64,000 nucleotides of DNA from Candidatus Multivoradales bacterium (GTDB taxonomy: Bacteria; Acidobacteriota; Thermoanaerobaculia; Multivoradales; JAHEKO01), in assembly GCA_965223155.1 (NCBI GenBank), contig CBDCVR010000015.1, forward strand, positions 1,120,001 to 1,184,000, in the 5' to 3' direction. The notes under the pieces were generated by a model, which was given only the letters and a program-made list of their open reading frames with translations, was not told where the DNA came from and searched no databases. Positions 46,396 to 55,549 of the stretch are shown here, piece by piece. Each line of letters starts with the position of its first letter. The first letter of the stretch is position 1. The translations under genes and the position numbers were made by a program.

Positions 46396-49149
46396 CTAGT
46401 CGCCGATCGGCTGGCCGTCGGCGTCCATGAGTTGGATGTCGGCGATCCCGAGCTCCTCGATGCCGGCCGCCACCTTGGCGCGGTCGCCGACGATGACCCA
46501 GACCACGTCGTCAGGGTGCAGGACGGACTCGGCGGCCGCCATGACCGCGGGTTGATCGACCGCCCGGACCTTGCCGGCGTACGAGTCGAAGTGGTCGTCC
46601 TCGTAGCCGAAGCGCACCAGCTCGGCGAGCGAGCCGGCGACATCCGAGACAGTTTCCCACTGTCCAGGGAGGGTCAGGGTGCGGCTGTCGATGGCCCGCG
46701 CGACTTCTTCGTCGGTCGCCGGCATGTCGCCCAGGAGTCCGCGCAGCTCTTTGGTGAGCTCGGCGATCGATTCCTTGGTCTTGTCGGTCTGGACGGGAGC
46801 GTAGGCCAGGAAGAGGCGCTGGCCGCGGGCGCCCGGGATGAAGGTGCCGGCGCCGTAGGACCAGCCCTTGTCCTCACGCAGGTTCATGTTGACGCGGGCG
46901 GTGAAGTCTCCGCCCAGAACGGTGTTCATGGTCTCGATCGCGACCTCGTCCGGGTTCGACTTGGGCGGCGCCAGGTGTCCGGCGAGCAGGATCGACTGCT
47001 CCGAGTCCGGGCGGTCGATGAGATAGATCCGCTGGCCTTCCAGAATCGCCACCTCCGAGATGTCCTTGGCCGGGGCCTCGACCGCTGCCCAGTCGCCGAA
47101 TCGCTCCTGGATCAGGGGGACGATCTCGCCCAGGGTGGTGTCACCCACAACCACCAGCTTGGCGTTGTTGGGCCCGAAGAGCGTCGAATGGAACCCGGTG
47201 AGCGTGTCCCGGGTGATCGAGGCAACCGAAGCCTCCGTGCCCGAGCCGGTGAGCGGATTCGAGTAGGCGTGGCCTTCGCCGTAGAGGAGTCCCGGAAACA
47301 CCCGGAGCGCCATCTGGATGGGAGTCGCCTTCTCGCGCTGGATGCGGGCAATCTGTTGCTGCTTCAGGCGTTCCAGCTCGGCCTCGGGGAAGGACGGGTT
47401 GCGGACCACGTCGGCAAGGAGATCCAGGGAGTCTCCCAGGTTGGTCTTGAGCGCTGAGAGCCGCACCGCGGAGAGGTCCAGGTTCGAAGAGGACCCGAGC
47501 TCGGCCCCGAGCATGGCGAGCTCGTCCGAGAGCTCGAGAGCCGTGCGCGAGGTCGTGCCCTCATCCAGCATGTCCATCGCCAGCCGGGCGGTGCCGGGCA
47601 CGGCGTGCTGATCCGAGGCGTAGCCGGCGTCTACCAGCAGGCGAAGCTCGACCAGGGGTGCGGCGTGCCGCTCGGCCAGGAGGATCTCGAGGCCGTTGGC
47701 GAGCTGCGTCCGCTGGATGTCCGGGAAGTCGGCCGAAGGAGCTTCGCCGGTGTCCGGTAGCTCTGAGCGGTCGGCGCCCTCGGCTGCCGCCTGGTAGTTG
47801 CCGAACGGAACGACGTTGATGGCGAGCTCGCCGTCGGCAAGCCAGCGCGCGGCGGCCGCCTGAACGTCTTCGGCCGTCGCCGACTTGGCCCACTCCAGCC
47901 GCTTCTTGTAGTAGCCGGGGTCGCCGCCGTAGACCTGGTGGCGGGCCAGAAGGTCCGACTTGCCGCCGAAGCCGCCGATGCCCTCGATGTCGCGGACGAA
48001 CTCGGCGAAGAGCTGGGTCTTGGCGCGGCCGAGCTCCTCGTCGGTCGGGCCTTCCGCGATCAGGCGGGCGAGCTCCTCGTCGAGCGCGGCCTCGACCGCG
48101 GCAAGATCGCCGCCGGGCTGGGCCGTGGCCATCAGGATGAAGCCGCCGGCCAGCTCGAAGGGCCAGATCCACGCGCTGACGTCGGTCGCGGTGCGGTCGT
48201 CGTAGACCAGTCGCTTGAACAGACGCGAGGTCTTGCCATCGGCCAGGACACGGGTGGCGAGCTCCAGGAGCTCGGCGTCGCGGGTGCCCCACTCGGCCAC
48301 GTTCCACTGCTTGTAGACGCGGGCCTGTGCCACCCGATCCTGAAGGACTTCACGGTGGGAGCCCGTGCGCTTGGCAACCCAGGTCTCGGGCTGTTGCACC
48401 GGCGGTCCGGACGGAATGTCGCCAAAGTAGAGCTGGGCTTTCTCGCGGGCGGTCTCGACGTCGATGTCGCCGGCCAGGACCAGGACAGCGTTGGCGGCAC
48501 CGTAGTAGGTCTTGAACCACTCGTGCACGTCCTCGAGGGAGGCGGCGTTCAGGTCGTCCATCGATCCGATGGTCGACCACGAATAAGGATGAGCGGCCGG
48601 AAACGCGGCCCGCGGCATGAGCTCCCAGACCTTGCCGTAGGGCTGGTTCAAGCCCTGGCGCTTCTCGTTCTGGACGACGCCGCGCTGCTCGTCCAGGCGT
48701 TCTTGATCGACGGCGCCCAGCATGTGGCCCATGCGGTCCGACTCCATCCACAGGGTCAGGTCGAGGGCGTTGGTGGGCACGTTCTGGAAGTAGTTGGTGC
48801 GGTCGAACCAAGTCGTGCCGTTCAGCTCGGTGGCGCCGATCCGCTCCATGATCCGGAAGTAGTCGTCGTTGTAGTTCTCCGAGCCGTTGAACATCAGGTG
48901 CTCGAAGAGATGGGCGAAGCCCGTGCGCCCGGGCTTCTCGTTCTTCGACCCGACGTGGTACCAGATGTTGACCGCGACGATTGGCGCTTTGTGGTCTTCG
49001 TGGACGATGACGGTGAGACCGTTGTCCAGGGTGAACGCCTCGTAGGCGACGTCGGGAATCTCGAACTCGGCGGCTGCCGGAGTTGCCGGGGCCAGGGTCG
49101 TAAGGGCTGCCATCAGAGCCAGAGCCAGGGCCAGGAGCGAGTTGCGCAT
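46396..49149 (-). CDS. M16 family (pitrilysin/PqqL-like) zinc peptidase, secreted
   Basis: AAGGAG RBS; signal peptide; inverted zinc motif HLFEH, NGTT..DRTNY, LREDKGWSYG. Confidence 0.93.
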   Translation of the reverse strand: MRNSLLALALALMAALTTLAPATPAAAEFEIPDVAYEAFTLDNGLTVIVHEDHKAPIVAVNIWYHVGSKNEKPGRTGFAHLFEHLMFNGSENYNDDYFRIMERIGATELNGTTWFDRTNYFQNVPTNALDLTLWMESDRMGHMLGAVDQERLDEQRGVVQNEKRQGLNQPYGKVWELMPRAAFPAAHPYSWSTIGSMDDLNAASLEDVHEWFKTYYGAANAVLVLAGDIDVETAREKAQLYFGDIPSGPPVQQPETWVAKRTGSHREVLQDRVAQARVYKQWNVAEWGTRDAELLELATRVLADGKTSRLFKRLVYDDRTATDVSAWIWPFELAGGFILMATAQPGGDLAAVEAALDEELARLIAEGPTDEELGRAKTQLFAEFVRDIEGIGGFGGKSDLLARHQVYGGDPGYYKKRLEWAKSATAEDVQAAAARWLADGELAINVVPFGNYQAAAEGADRSELPDTGEAPSADFPDIQRTQLANGLEILLAERHAAPLVELRLLVDAGYASDQHAVPGTARLAMDMLDEGTTSRTALELSDELAMLGAELGSSSNLDLSAVRLSALKTNLGDSLDLLADVVRNPSFPEAELERLKQQQIARIQREKATPIQMALRVFPGLLYGEGHAYSNPLTGSGTEASVASITRDTLTGFHSTLFGPNNAKLVVVGDTTLGEIVPLIQERFGDWAAVEAPAKDISEVAILEGQRIYLIDRPDSEQSILLAGHLAPPKSNPDEVAIETMNTVLGGDFTARVNMNLREDKGWSYGAGTFIPGARGQRLFLAYAPVQTDKTKESIAELTKELRGLLGDMPATDEEVARAIDSRTLTLPGQWETVSDVAGSLAELVRFGYEDDHFDSYAGKVRAVDQPAVMAAAESVLHPDDVVWVIVGDRAKVAAGIEELGIADIQLMDADGQPIGD

Positions 49150-49461
49150 GTCGGGAGTCTCCTTCTGAACTGTGCGGGATCGGTACGGATACGGGCGTCG
49201 GGCTCGGCGCGGCCGGCGAACGCCGGACTGGCGAGTATATCGGGCCAACACGGGGATGAATTGCGCGGATTAGGTCGGGCCGAGTCGGTTCGGAGGCGGC
49301 CGATCTGCGGCCCTGGCAGGCATCGAACTGCGTGCCCTGGGCAGTGCCAGACGGGAGTTGGAGCGGCCGGCCTCTCAGCGGTCCGGATCCGCAGTGGACG
49401 TTCGCCCTGCGGACAAGGTTGGCGGCCCCTTCGGGACTGGTCTTCTTGGCAAATTGGATCG

Positions 49462-49665
49462 ATGGCGGGGGGCGACAAACAGTACGCAGAGCGCTTGGCA
49501 ACGACCCTCGATTTGTTCGTCGCCGGAGAGGAGATCATGCGGCAGAATCTCCGTCGCCGCAATCCAGGAAAGTCTCCCGAAGAGATTCGGGCCCTCCTCG
49601 ACGCCTGGCTTCGACACAGGCCGGGGGCCGAATTCGGTGACTGCGTTGGAGTTCGCCGACTCTAG
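49462..49665 (+). CDS. Small helical hypothetical protein (antitoxin-like, orphan)
   Basis: MAGGDKQYAERLATTLDLFVAGEEIMRQNLRRRNPGKSPEEIRALLDAWL..; the protein-like tail of a long shadow ORF. Confidence 0.55.
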   Translation: MAGGDKQYAERLATTLDLFVAGEEIMRQNLRRRNPGKSPEEIRALLDAWLRHRPGAEFGDCVGVRRL

Positions 49666-50225
49666 CCGGGGTCCTGCGATTCGGCCTGATTCTCGAACCG
49701 CAGGCTCTCGAGCGCTGCGGCGATGTCTCGATAGACCGCCGCGCAACCCTCGACACCGGCGGCGTAAGGGTCGCGGAACTCGCCCCGGCGAGTCGAAGAC
49801 AGGACTCCGAAGCGAACCGCCTTGGACTTTGCTTCCGGGAATCTCCGGGTCAACTCGGAGAAGAGCCATTCGTCGAAGACCGCCACGGCGTCGGCCCACG
49901 CCACGGCGGAAGCATCGGTCGCGCTCGATCGGTGGCCGTCGAGGTCGAACCCGAGCTTGCGGGCGGCCTTGCGGGCGTGCTCGGGCGTCGAGCGCCCCTC
50001 CTTTTCGAGAAAGCCGGTCGAACGCACCTCGATCTCCGGTCGGTGGGTCCGGATCCAGACCTCGGCAAAGGGGCTCCGGCAGATGTTGCCGTGGCAGACG
50101 AAGAGAACCCGCCGGGCGCCTTCCATTTGGCGCCGAGCGCCCTCCGTGCGCGCCGCGCGCAAGGGCGTGGAGTTGGGCAGAGTCAGCACCGGCCCGAGAA
50201 GGCGTCGTCGGATTCGCTCCCACAT
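49662..50225 (-). CDS. Low-molecular-weight protein-tyrosine phosphatase
   Basis: VLFVCHGNICRSP P-loop, HRS, DPY. Confidence 0.9.
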   Translation of the reverse strand: MWERIRRRLLGPVLTLPNSTPLRAARTEGARRQMEGARRVLFVCHGNICRSPFAEVWIRTHRPEIEVRSTGFLEKEGRSTPEHARKAARKLGFDLDGHRSSATDASAVAWADAVAVFDEWLFSELTRRFPEAKSKAVRFGVLSSTRRGEFRDPYAAGVEGCAAVYRDIAAALESLRFENQAESQDPG

Positions 50226-50339
50226 GGCCCTAGTATCGCCGCTTTATCCCTGGGGGGCGGTACGGAATAGGTATCCTTCTATGAGTCGGTCGGTTGGCGT
50301 CAAGAGTTTCGTTTCTTCTTTTTGTAGTTTTCCTTAGGT

Positions 50340-50500
50340 TTGGATCGAGGCTTGGGACGAGCTTCTATTCGCACTCTGTAGGGTTCTTCTTTGAACCGGT
50401 GCATGGTGAGTTTTGCGTCCGTTTAGGAATCGATGCTCCCATCTGTCACACGGTGTCGGGGCCACCAAGGATACTTTCGGAGTCATCGAACCTCTCAATC
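50340..50500 (-). ncRNA. Putative bridge/seek RNA of the IS1111-type element (ends approximate)
   Basis: Two stem/internal-loop/stem modules whose loop strands match the junction sequences (see findings). Confidence 0.75.
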
Positions 50501-50533
50501 CGTCCTTGCTTGTTGGTCGTCTAGTTATCTCTT

Positions 50534-51547
50534 CTACGCTGCCTTGGGAAAGGCTCGGAAGCTCTCACCTGTCACCCACAGCCTGTGGAGCAACACCGCG
50601 ATCTTCCTAGCTAGCGCGACCACGGCCTTGCCCTTACCCAGCCTCTCGACCAGGCCCTCAGCCCATCTCTTGAGTGACGACTCTTTGCGACAGTTCAACG
50701 CCGCATGAGCTGCCTGCACCAAGAGTCTGCGCATCTCCGAGTCGCCCTCGCGAGTGATCCGGCCCCTGACCTCATGCCCTCCTGAGCTGCGAAGCGACGG
50801 TCTCAAGCCCAGACACGCTCCGACGTCGCGGCTTTTCTCGAACCGATCCGGACGATCCATCCAGCCGACGAACGCAAGGCTCACCAGAGGCCCCACACCA
50901 GGAACCGTCTGCAGCCGACGGACCAGCTCGTTTGATCTCGACTCGGAGATGAGGTCGTCTTCGAGATGGTGGATCCGATCGGTCAGCTCGCCGATTGTCG
51001 TTACCAGAGGTTCGAGCGCTCCCAACAGGCCGGCTTCGACCGACATCGACGCGTACCGAGCCACGAAGCTCTTCGCCGGACATGAGGGCACTCGGTAGCC
51101 CTGTGCCCGCAGCGTTCCGCGTACGGAGTTGATCAGCGAGGTCCTGGTCTTCACCAGACTCGTTCGGACCCGAAGACGCGTCCGAAGCTCTTGGGCCTCA
51201 CCTGTGCGCTGGTAGACTGGTCGAAGCAAACCCAGATCCAACCGGCTCAAACGAGCCAGGATCTCGGCGTCGATTCCGTCCGTCTTCAGGGTCGATTCCG
51301 CGATCAGACGTACCCGGCGTGGATTGACCACCATCACCTCATGGCCGAGCTCAGACAGCAGTCGATAGACCCAGGGTGTGACCGGACCGCTCTCGAGCGT
51401 CACCTGCGAGCGTTCCCGATTGGCGAAGAACCTTCGCAGGCCCGTCTCGGTCGTCGGAACCCGCCGGCGAACCGTCACCTCACCGTCTTCTGATACGCCA
51501 CACACCTCGCTGTACTTCGAGTGAACATCGATGCCAAGATACTCCAT
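50534..51547 (-). CDS. IS110 family transposase/recombinase
   Basis: YLGIDVH, LES, KTDGIDA (DEDD RuvC-like), TVPGVG, GLRPSLRSSG, VALARK; AAGGAG RBS before ATG 51547. Confidence 0.95.
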   Translation of the reverse strand: MEYLGIDVHSKYSEVCGVSEDGEVTVRRRVPTTETGLRRFFANRERSQVTLESGPVTPWVYRLLSELGHEVMVVNPRRVRLIAESTLKTDGIDAEILARLSRLDLGLLRPVYQRTGEAQELRTRLRVRTSLVKTRTSLINSVRGTLRAQGYRVPSCPAKSFVARYASMSVEAGLLGALEPLVTTIGELTDRIHHLEDDLISESRSNELVRRLQTVPGVGPLVSLAFVGWMDRPDRFEKSRDVGACLGLRPSLRSSGGHEVRGRITREGDSEMRRLLVQAAHAALNCRKESSLKRWAEGLVERLGKGKAVVALARKIAVLLHRLWVTGESFRAFPKAA

Positions 51548-51690
51548 GGTCGGTCTCCTTTCTCGGCTCTGATGCCGATTCTTGGTTATCTCCAACTGGC
51601 ACAGTGTCCCAGCTGGAGACCGACCGACTCATCTCATCTGTCACCGTATTACCACCAACGAACCGCGCTGCCCCGATACACTCCACTCCC

Positions 51691-53490
51691 GTGGAGACCG
51701 TCCGGAATTTCTGCATCATCGCCCACATCGACCACGGCAAGTCGACCCTTGCCGATCGGTTGATCCAGCACTGCGGCGCCGTCGAGGACCGGGAGTTTCG
51801 GGACCAGATTCTGGACTCGATGGACATCGAGCGCGAGCGCGGCATCACCATCAAGTCGAACACGATCTCGCTCGACTACCGCGCCCGGGACGGCCGGGAG
51901 TACCGACTGAATCTGATCGACACTCCCGGCCACGTGGATTTCTCGCACGAGGTGCGGCGCTCGCTCATGTCTTGCGAGGGAGCGCTCTTGGTGGTGGACG
52001 CGGCCCAGGGCGTCGAGGCGCAGACCGTGGCCAATCTCTACTTGGCGCTCGAGTACGACCTCGAGATCGTGCCGGTCGTCAACAAGATCGACCTGCCGTC
52101 GGCCGACGTGGACAGCGCCCTCGAGGAGATCGACTCGGACCTGGGTCTCGATCCGTTCGACGCCGTGCCGTGCTCGGCCAAGACCGGCGCCGGCATCGAC
52201 GAGGTCCTGGAGGCGGTGGTGACGAAGCTGCCTGCGCCGGAGGGCGATCCGGAGGCGCCGCTTCAGGCGCTCATCTTCGACGCCCAGTACGATTCCTACC
52301 GTGGCGTCGTGCTGCTGGTGCGGGTGAAGGCCGGAACCCTCCGGCCGAAGCAGACGATTCGCCTCATGCACACCGCCAAGGACTACGACGTCGAGGAGGT
52401 GGGCCTCCTGAAGCTCAAGAAGGTCAAGACCGGAGGGCTCGAAGCCGGAGAGGTGGGCTACGTCATCGCCGGCATCAAGACGGTCCGGGACATCGAGATC
52501 GGCGACACTTTGACCGATGCCACAAGCTCGGCGTCCGAGCCGCTGCCCGGCTACAAGCCGGCCAAGCCCGTGGTTTTCTCGTCGGTCTATCCGATGTCTA
52601 CCGACGAGTATCAGGATCTTGCCAAGGCGCTCGACAAGCTGGCTTTGAACGACGCCGCTCTGACCTACGAGAAGGACTCGTCGGCGGCGCTCGGCTTCGG
52701 TTTCCGCTGCGGCTTTCTGGGCCTCCTGCATCTGGAAGTGGTCCAGGAGCGGCTGCAACGCGAGTACGATCTGTCGCTGCTTCTGACCGCGCCCTCGGTG
52801 CGCTACCGGATCGAGCTCTCGGACGGTGAGGAGGTGCGGATCGACAATCCGCAGTTCTATCCCGATCCGACGCACATCGAGCAGGCCTACGAGCCGTACA
52901 TCAAGGCTTCGATCCTGATTCCGGAGCGCTACATCGGCACCGTCATGGAGCTTTGCCGCGAGCGCCGGGGCGAGAACACCACCTTCAACTATCTGGCGGT
53001 GGGCCGGGTCGAGCTGACCTCCGAGCTGCCGCTCGCCGAAGTCCTGTTCGACTTCTACGACCGCCTGAAGAGCTCGACCCAGGGCTACGGTTCGTTCGAT
53101 TACGAGATCCTCGACTACCGGCCCACGAGTCTGGTCAAGGTGGACATCCTGGTCAACGACGAACCGGTGGACGCGCTCTCCCAGCTCGTCCACCGGGACA
53201 AGGCCCGGGCGCGCGCTCTCCACTACTGCGAGCGGCTGGCCGACACCATTCCCAAGCAACAGTTCAAGATCAAGGTCCAGGGCGTGATCGGCGGCAAGGT
53301 CATCGCCCGGACCACGATCTCCGCTTTTCGCAAGGACGTCACCGCCAAGTGCTACGGCGGCGACATCACCAGGAAGCGCAAGCTTCTCGAGAAGCAGAAG
53401 GCGGGCAAGAAGAAGATGATGGTCGTGGGCTCGGTCGAGATCCCGCAGAAGGCCTTCGTCGAGGTGCTGAAGAGCGATGCTGGCAGCTGA
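51691..53490 (+). CDS. lepA: Elongation factor 4 (LepA)
   Basis: RNFCIIAHIDHGKSTLADR, ERERGITIK, DTPGHVDF, GFRCGFLGLLH, KCYGGDITRKRKLL. GTG 51691. Confidence 0.97.
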   Translation: METVRNFCIIAHIDHGKSTLADRLIQHCGAVEDREFRDQILDSMDIERERGITIKSNTISLDYRARDGREYRLNLIDTPGHVDFSHEVRRSLMSCEGALLVVDAAQGVEAQTVANLYLALEYDLEIVPVVNKIDLPSADVDSALEEIDSDLGLDPFDAVPCSAKTGAGIDEVLEAVVTKLPAPEGDPEAPLQALIFDAQYDSYRGVVLLVRVKAGTLRPKQTIRLMHTAKDYDVEEVGLLKLKKVKTGGLEAGEVGYVIAGIKTVRDIEIGDTLTDATSSASEPLPGYKPAKPVVFSSVYPMSTDEYQDLAKALDKLALNDAALTYEKDSSAALGFGFRCGFLGLLHLEVVQERLQREYDLSLLLTAPSVRYRIELSDGEEVRIDNPQFYPDPTHIEQAYEPYIKASILIPERYIGTVMELCRERRGENTTFNYLAVGRVELTSELPLAEVLFDFYDRLKSSTQGYGSFDYEILDYRPTSLVKVDILVNDEPVDALSQLVHRDKARARALHYCERLADTIPKQQFKIKVQGVIGGKVIARTTISAFRKDVTAKCYGGDITRKRKLLEKQKAGKKKMMVVGSVEIPQKAFVEVLKSDAGS

Positions 53491-53517
53491 GGCGGTAGAC
53501 GAGCTCTGGGTCAACTC

Positions 53518-55467
53518 CTAGAAGCGCTTCCGGCGGCGTCCGAAGAAGTATCGGGCGGCCAGAGCCAGCACGAGGCCGGCGGCCACGCCCAAGCTGAACG
53601 ACCACGCGGCGATGAAGTCCACTCCGAGGTTGTTGACGTCCAGGTAGCGGATCAAGCGTTCTCGAGCGCTCAGACGAATCGGTCTCGGAGCGGAGCCGGC
53701 CACGTCCGCCGCGGGCTCGAGCGCCGAGGAGCCAGGGCCCGGTGAGCTTCCCAGCTCGAACGCGCCCAAGTCGGGAGCCTTGCCCGAGTAGTCGTCGTTG
53801 ACTCCCGGAATCACGACTCCCGCATCGACCGCGGCGCTGTCAGGCGCCAGCTCGGGGACGCGAAACCGGTAGGTGTCGTCCGGGTCCGGGCGAAGAGAGA
53901 TCGCGGGGTCGAAATCCTTCGACAGGTCCAGGACCAGCCCGTCGGGTTCGAGGCCGGTGTCGCGCTGGAAGTCCTCGAGGGTCGAGAACGCGCGGACTGG
54001 CCCTGGGCCGGGATCTCGCCAGCCGAAGATCGGCCCCGCCAGCGGCTCTTGGAGCTGGTTGTAGCCGTTGTGGTTCCAGACGATCGCCTCCACGTTGCCG
54101 CCCAGCTCGATGCCGGCCTTCGCGCCCAAGAACAAGTTGTTGAGAGCGTAGCTGTGATCGAAGTCGCTGGGCTGCGCTCTCAAGGCCACGTGCCAATTGA
54201 GGCTCGTGTTGTGCAACAGGAGCAGCTTGGGAGCTCCTCGGAGTTTCCAGGCATCCTGGAGGTTGTCGGCAAGTACGTTGCGGATCGCGTAGACGGGGCC
54301 AACCGAGTCCTGAACGCTCAATCCGACCAGGCTGCGAATGAGACGGTTGCCACGGACCCGGAAGTTGCCTTCCGCCCGGTCGATTTCGATGGCATCGTCG
54401 TTGATCTCGAAAATCGTGTTTCCGAGAACGTCCGAGCCGTGGGTTCCTCCGTCGGGCGAGAACGATGCCGCGACGAGGTCGTCCGCTTCGAGCCCCAGCT
54501 CGGCGGTGCTGATGCCGTCCCAGAATCTGGAGATCCGGTTGCGAGCGATGACGTGGCCCTGTCCGAGAGCGCGAATGCCGGTGCCGCCCGGTACGGAGGT
54601 CCGAACGCGCCAATTCTCGTAGCGGCCGACCAAGGTGTTCTCCGCCACGAACCAGCCGCGGCGGCCGCACACCAAACCACCCAGAAGGTAGTTGTCGCGG
54701 ACGACCCAGTGGCTTCCTGACCCTTGAAGGGCGGTGCCGTTGGAGCGCAGGATGAGTCCCTGGACCCATACCGAATCGACCGACGGCTCGCCGGTCAAAA
54801 CCGCCTCCTCGGGGCCCACGTCTGCGGTAAGCAGGACGTCCCCATCTCCTGCGGCCCCGATCACGATCGGCTGACTCTCGGTTCCGCTCCGGCGGAGGAC
54901 GAACGGCCCTCGGTAGAGACCGGCATGGAGTCGAATCAAGTCGCCGGGCCGGGCGGCGTCGAGCGCTTCCTGGAAGCCGGTTCGCTTGTCTGGAAAGACC
55001 TCGACCGTGCGGGCCGGCTCGGGTTCGAGGATCGGTGGCCGGGTCGCGACGAGAAGGCGCCGCTCGATCGGCTCGGCGCCGGAATCGAGCAGTGTCAGAT
55101 GGACCTCGTAGCGCGTGTCGGCCTCGAGGCCGAGAAGCGAACCGGCAAAGAGTTTCTTGCTACCCTTTCGGGCCGTGGGGATGAGTGGTAACGAATCGCG
55201 CCATCGCGACGTGCCCTCGCGCCGGAATCGCGCGTCAACCCTGGCGTCGCCGTCGTCGTCTCCAAGGACCGGCCAGCGTATGGCGATGCTCTCGAATGTG
55301 GCCGGCCCGGCGAACACTTCGAGCGGAAGCGGAGCGTCGGTCCCCTCGACGACGCCCGGGCCCGGGAGCAGCCCCGCGAGCAACCCCGAGAGCAACCCGA
55401 AGCGTAGCGCCAGGACCAGCGCCGGCTGGGTTTTCGATCGCCAAGCGGCGTTGTGCCCGGACTTCAT
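53518..55467 (-). CDS. Membrane-anchored FN3 + right-handed beta-helix (polysaccharide lyase-like) protein
   Basis: Signal peptide; GSLLGLEADTRYEV, ARPGDLIRLHAGLY, NDDAIE, APDLGAFELG; C-terminal TM plus RRRKR. Confidence 0.8.
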   Translation of the reverse strand: MKSGHNAAWRSKTQPALVLALRFGLLSGLLAGLLPGPGVVEGTDAPLPLEVFAGPATFESIAIRWPVLGDDDGDARVDARFRREGTSRWRDSLPLIPTARKGSKKLFAGSLLGLEADTRYEVHLTLLDSGAEPIERRLLVATRPPILEPEPARTVEVFPDKRTGFQEALDAARPGDLIRLHAGLYRGPFVLRRSGTESQPIVIGAAGDGDVLLTADVGPEEAVLTGEPSVDSVWVQGLILRSNGTALQGSGSHWVVRDNYLLGGLVCGRRGWFVAENTLVGRYENWRVRTSVPGGTGIRALGQGHVIARNRISRFWDGISTAELGLEADDLVAASFSPDGGTHGSDVLGNTIFEINDDAIEIDRAEGNFRVRGNRLIRSLVGLSVQDSVGPVYAIRNVLADNLQDAWKLRGAPKLLLLHNTSLNWHVALRAQPSDFDHSYALNNLFLGAKAGIELGGNVEAIVWNHNGYNQLQEPLAGPIFGWRDPGPGPVRAFSTLEDFQRDTGLEPDGLVLDLSKDFDPAISLRPDPDDTYRFRVPELAPDSAAVDAGVVIPGVNDDYSGKAPDLGAFELGSSPGPGSSALEPAADVAGSAPRPIRLSARERLIRYLDVNNLGVDFIAAWSFSLGVAAGLVLALAARYFFGRRRKRF

Positions 55468-55504
55468 GGATTCGACATCCTGTTCGCTCGAGAGACGCCC
55501 CGCC

Positions 55505-55549
55505 TTCTCAGCATGCTCAGCAGTCTCAGTATTCTCAGCATGCTCACCA
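55505..55549. repeat. Degenerate 9-bp tandem repeat x5
   Basis: TTCTCAGCA TGCTCAGCA GTCTCAGTA TTCTCAGCA TGCTCACCA. Confidence 0.8.

Larger units (their letters stand above)
50278..51639 (-). mobile_element. IS110-family element, IS1111 type
   Basis: Perfect 14-bp sub-terminal inverted repeats ATGAGTCGGTCGGT (50281-50294) / ACCGACCGACTCAT (51619-51632); TCT core at both junctions (50278-50280, 51637-51639); long downstream non-coding end; lower GC than flanks. Confidence 0.9.

Noticed and set aside
51604-51690. N-terminal extension of LepA
   Set aside because: It begins inside the IS end; the conserved sequence starts at 51691.
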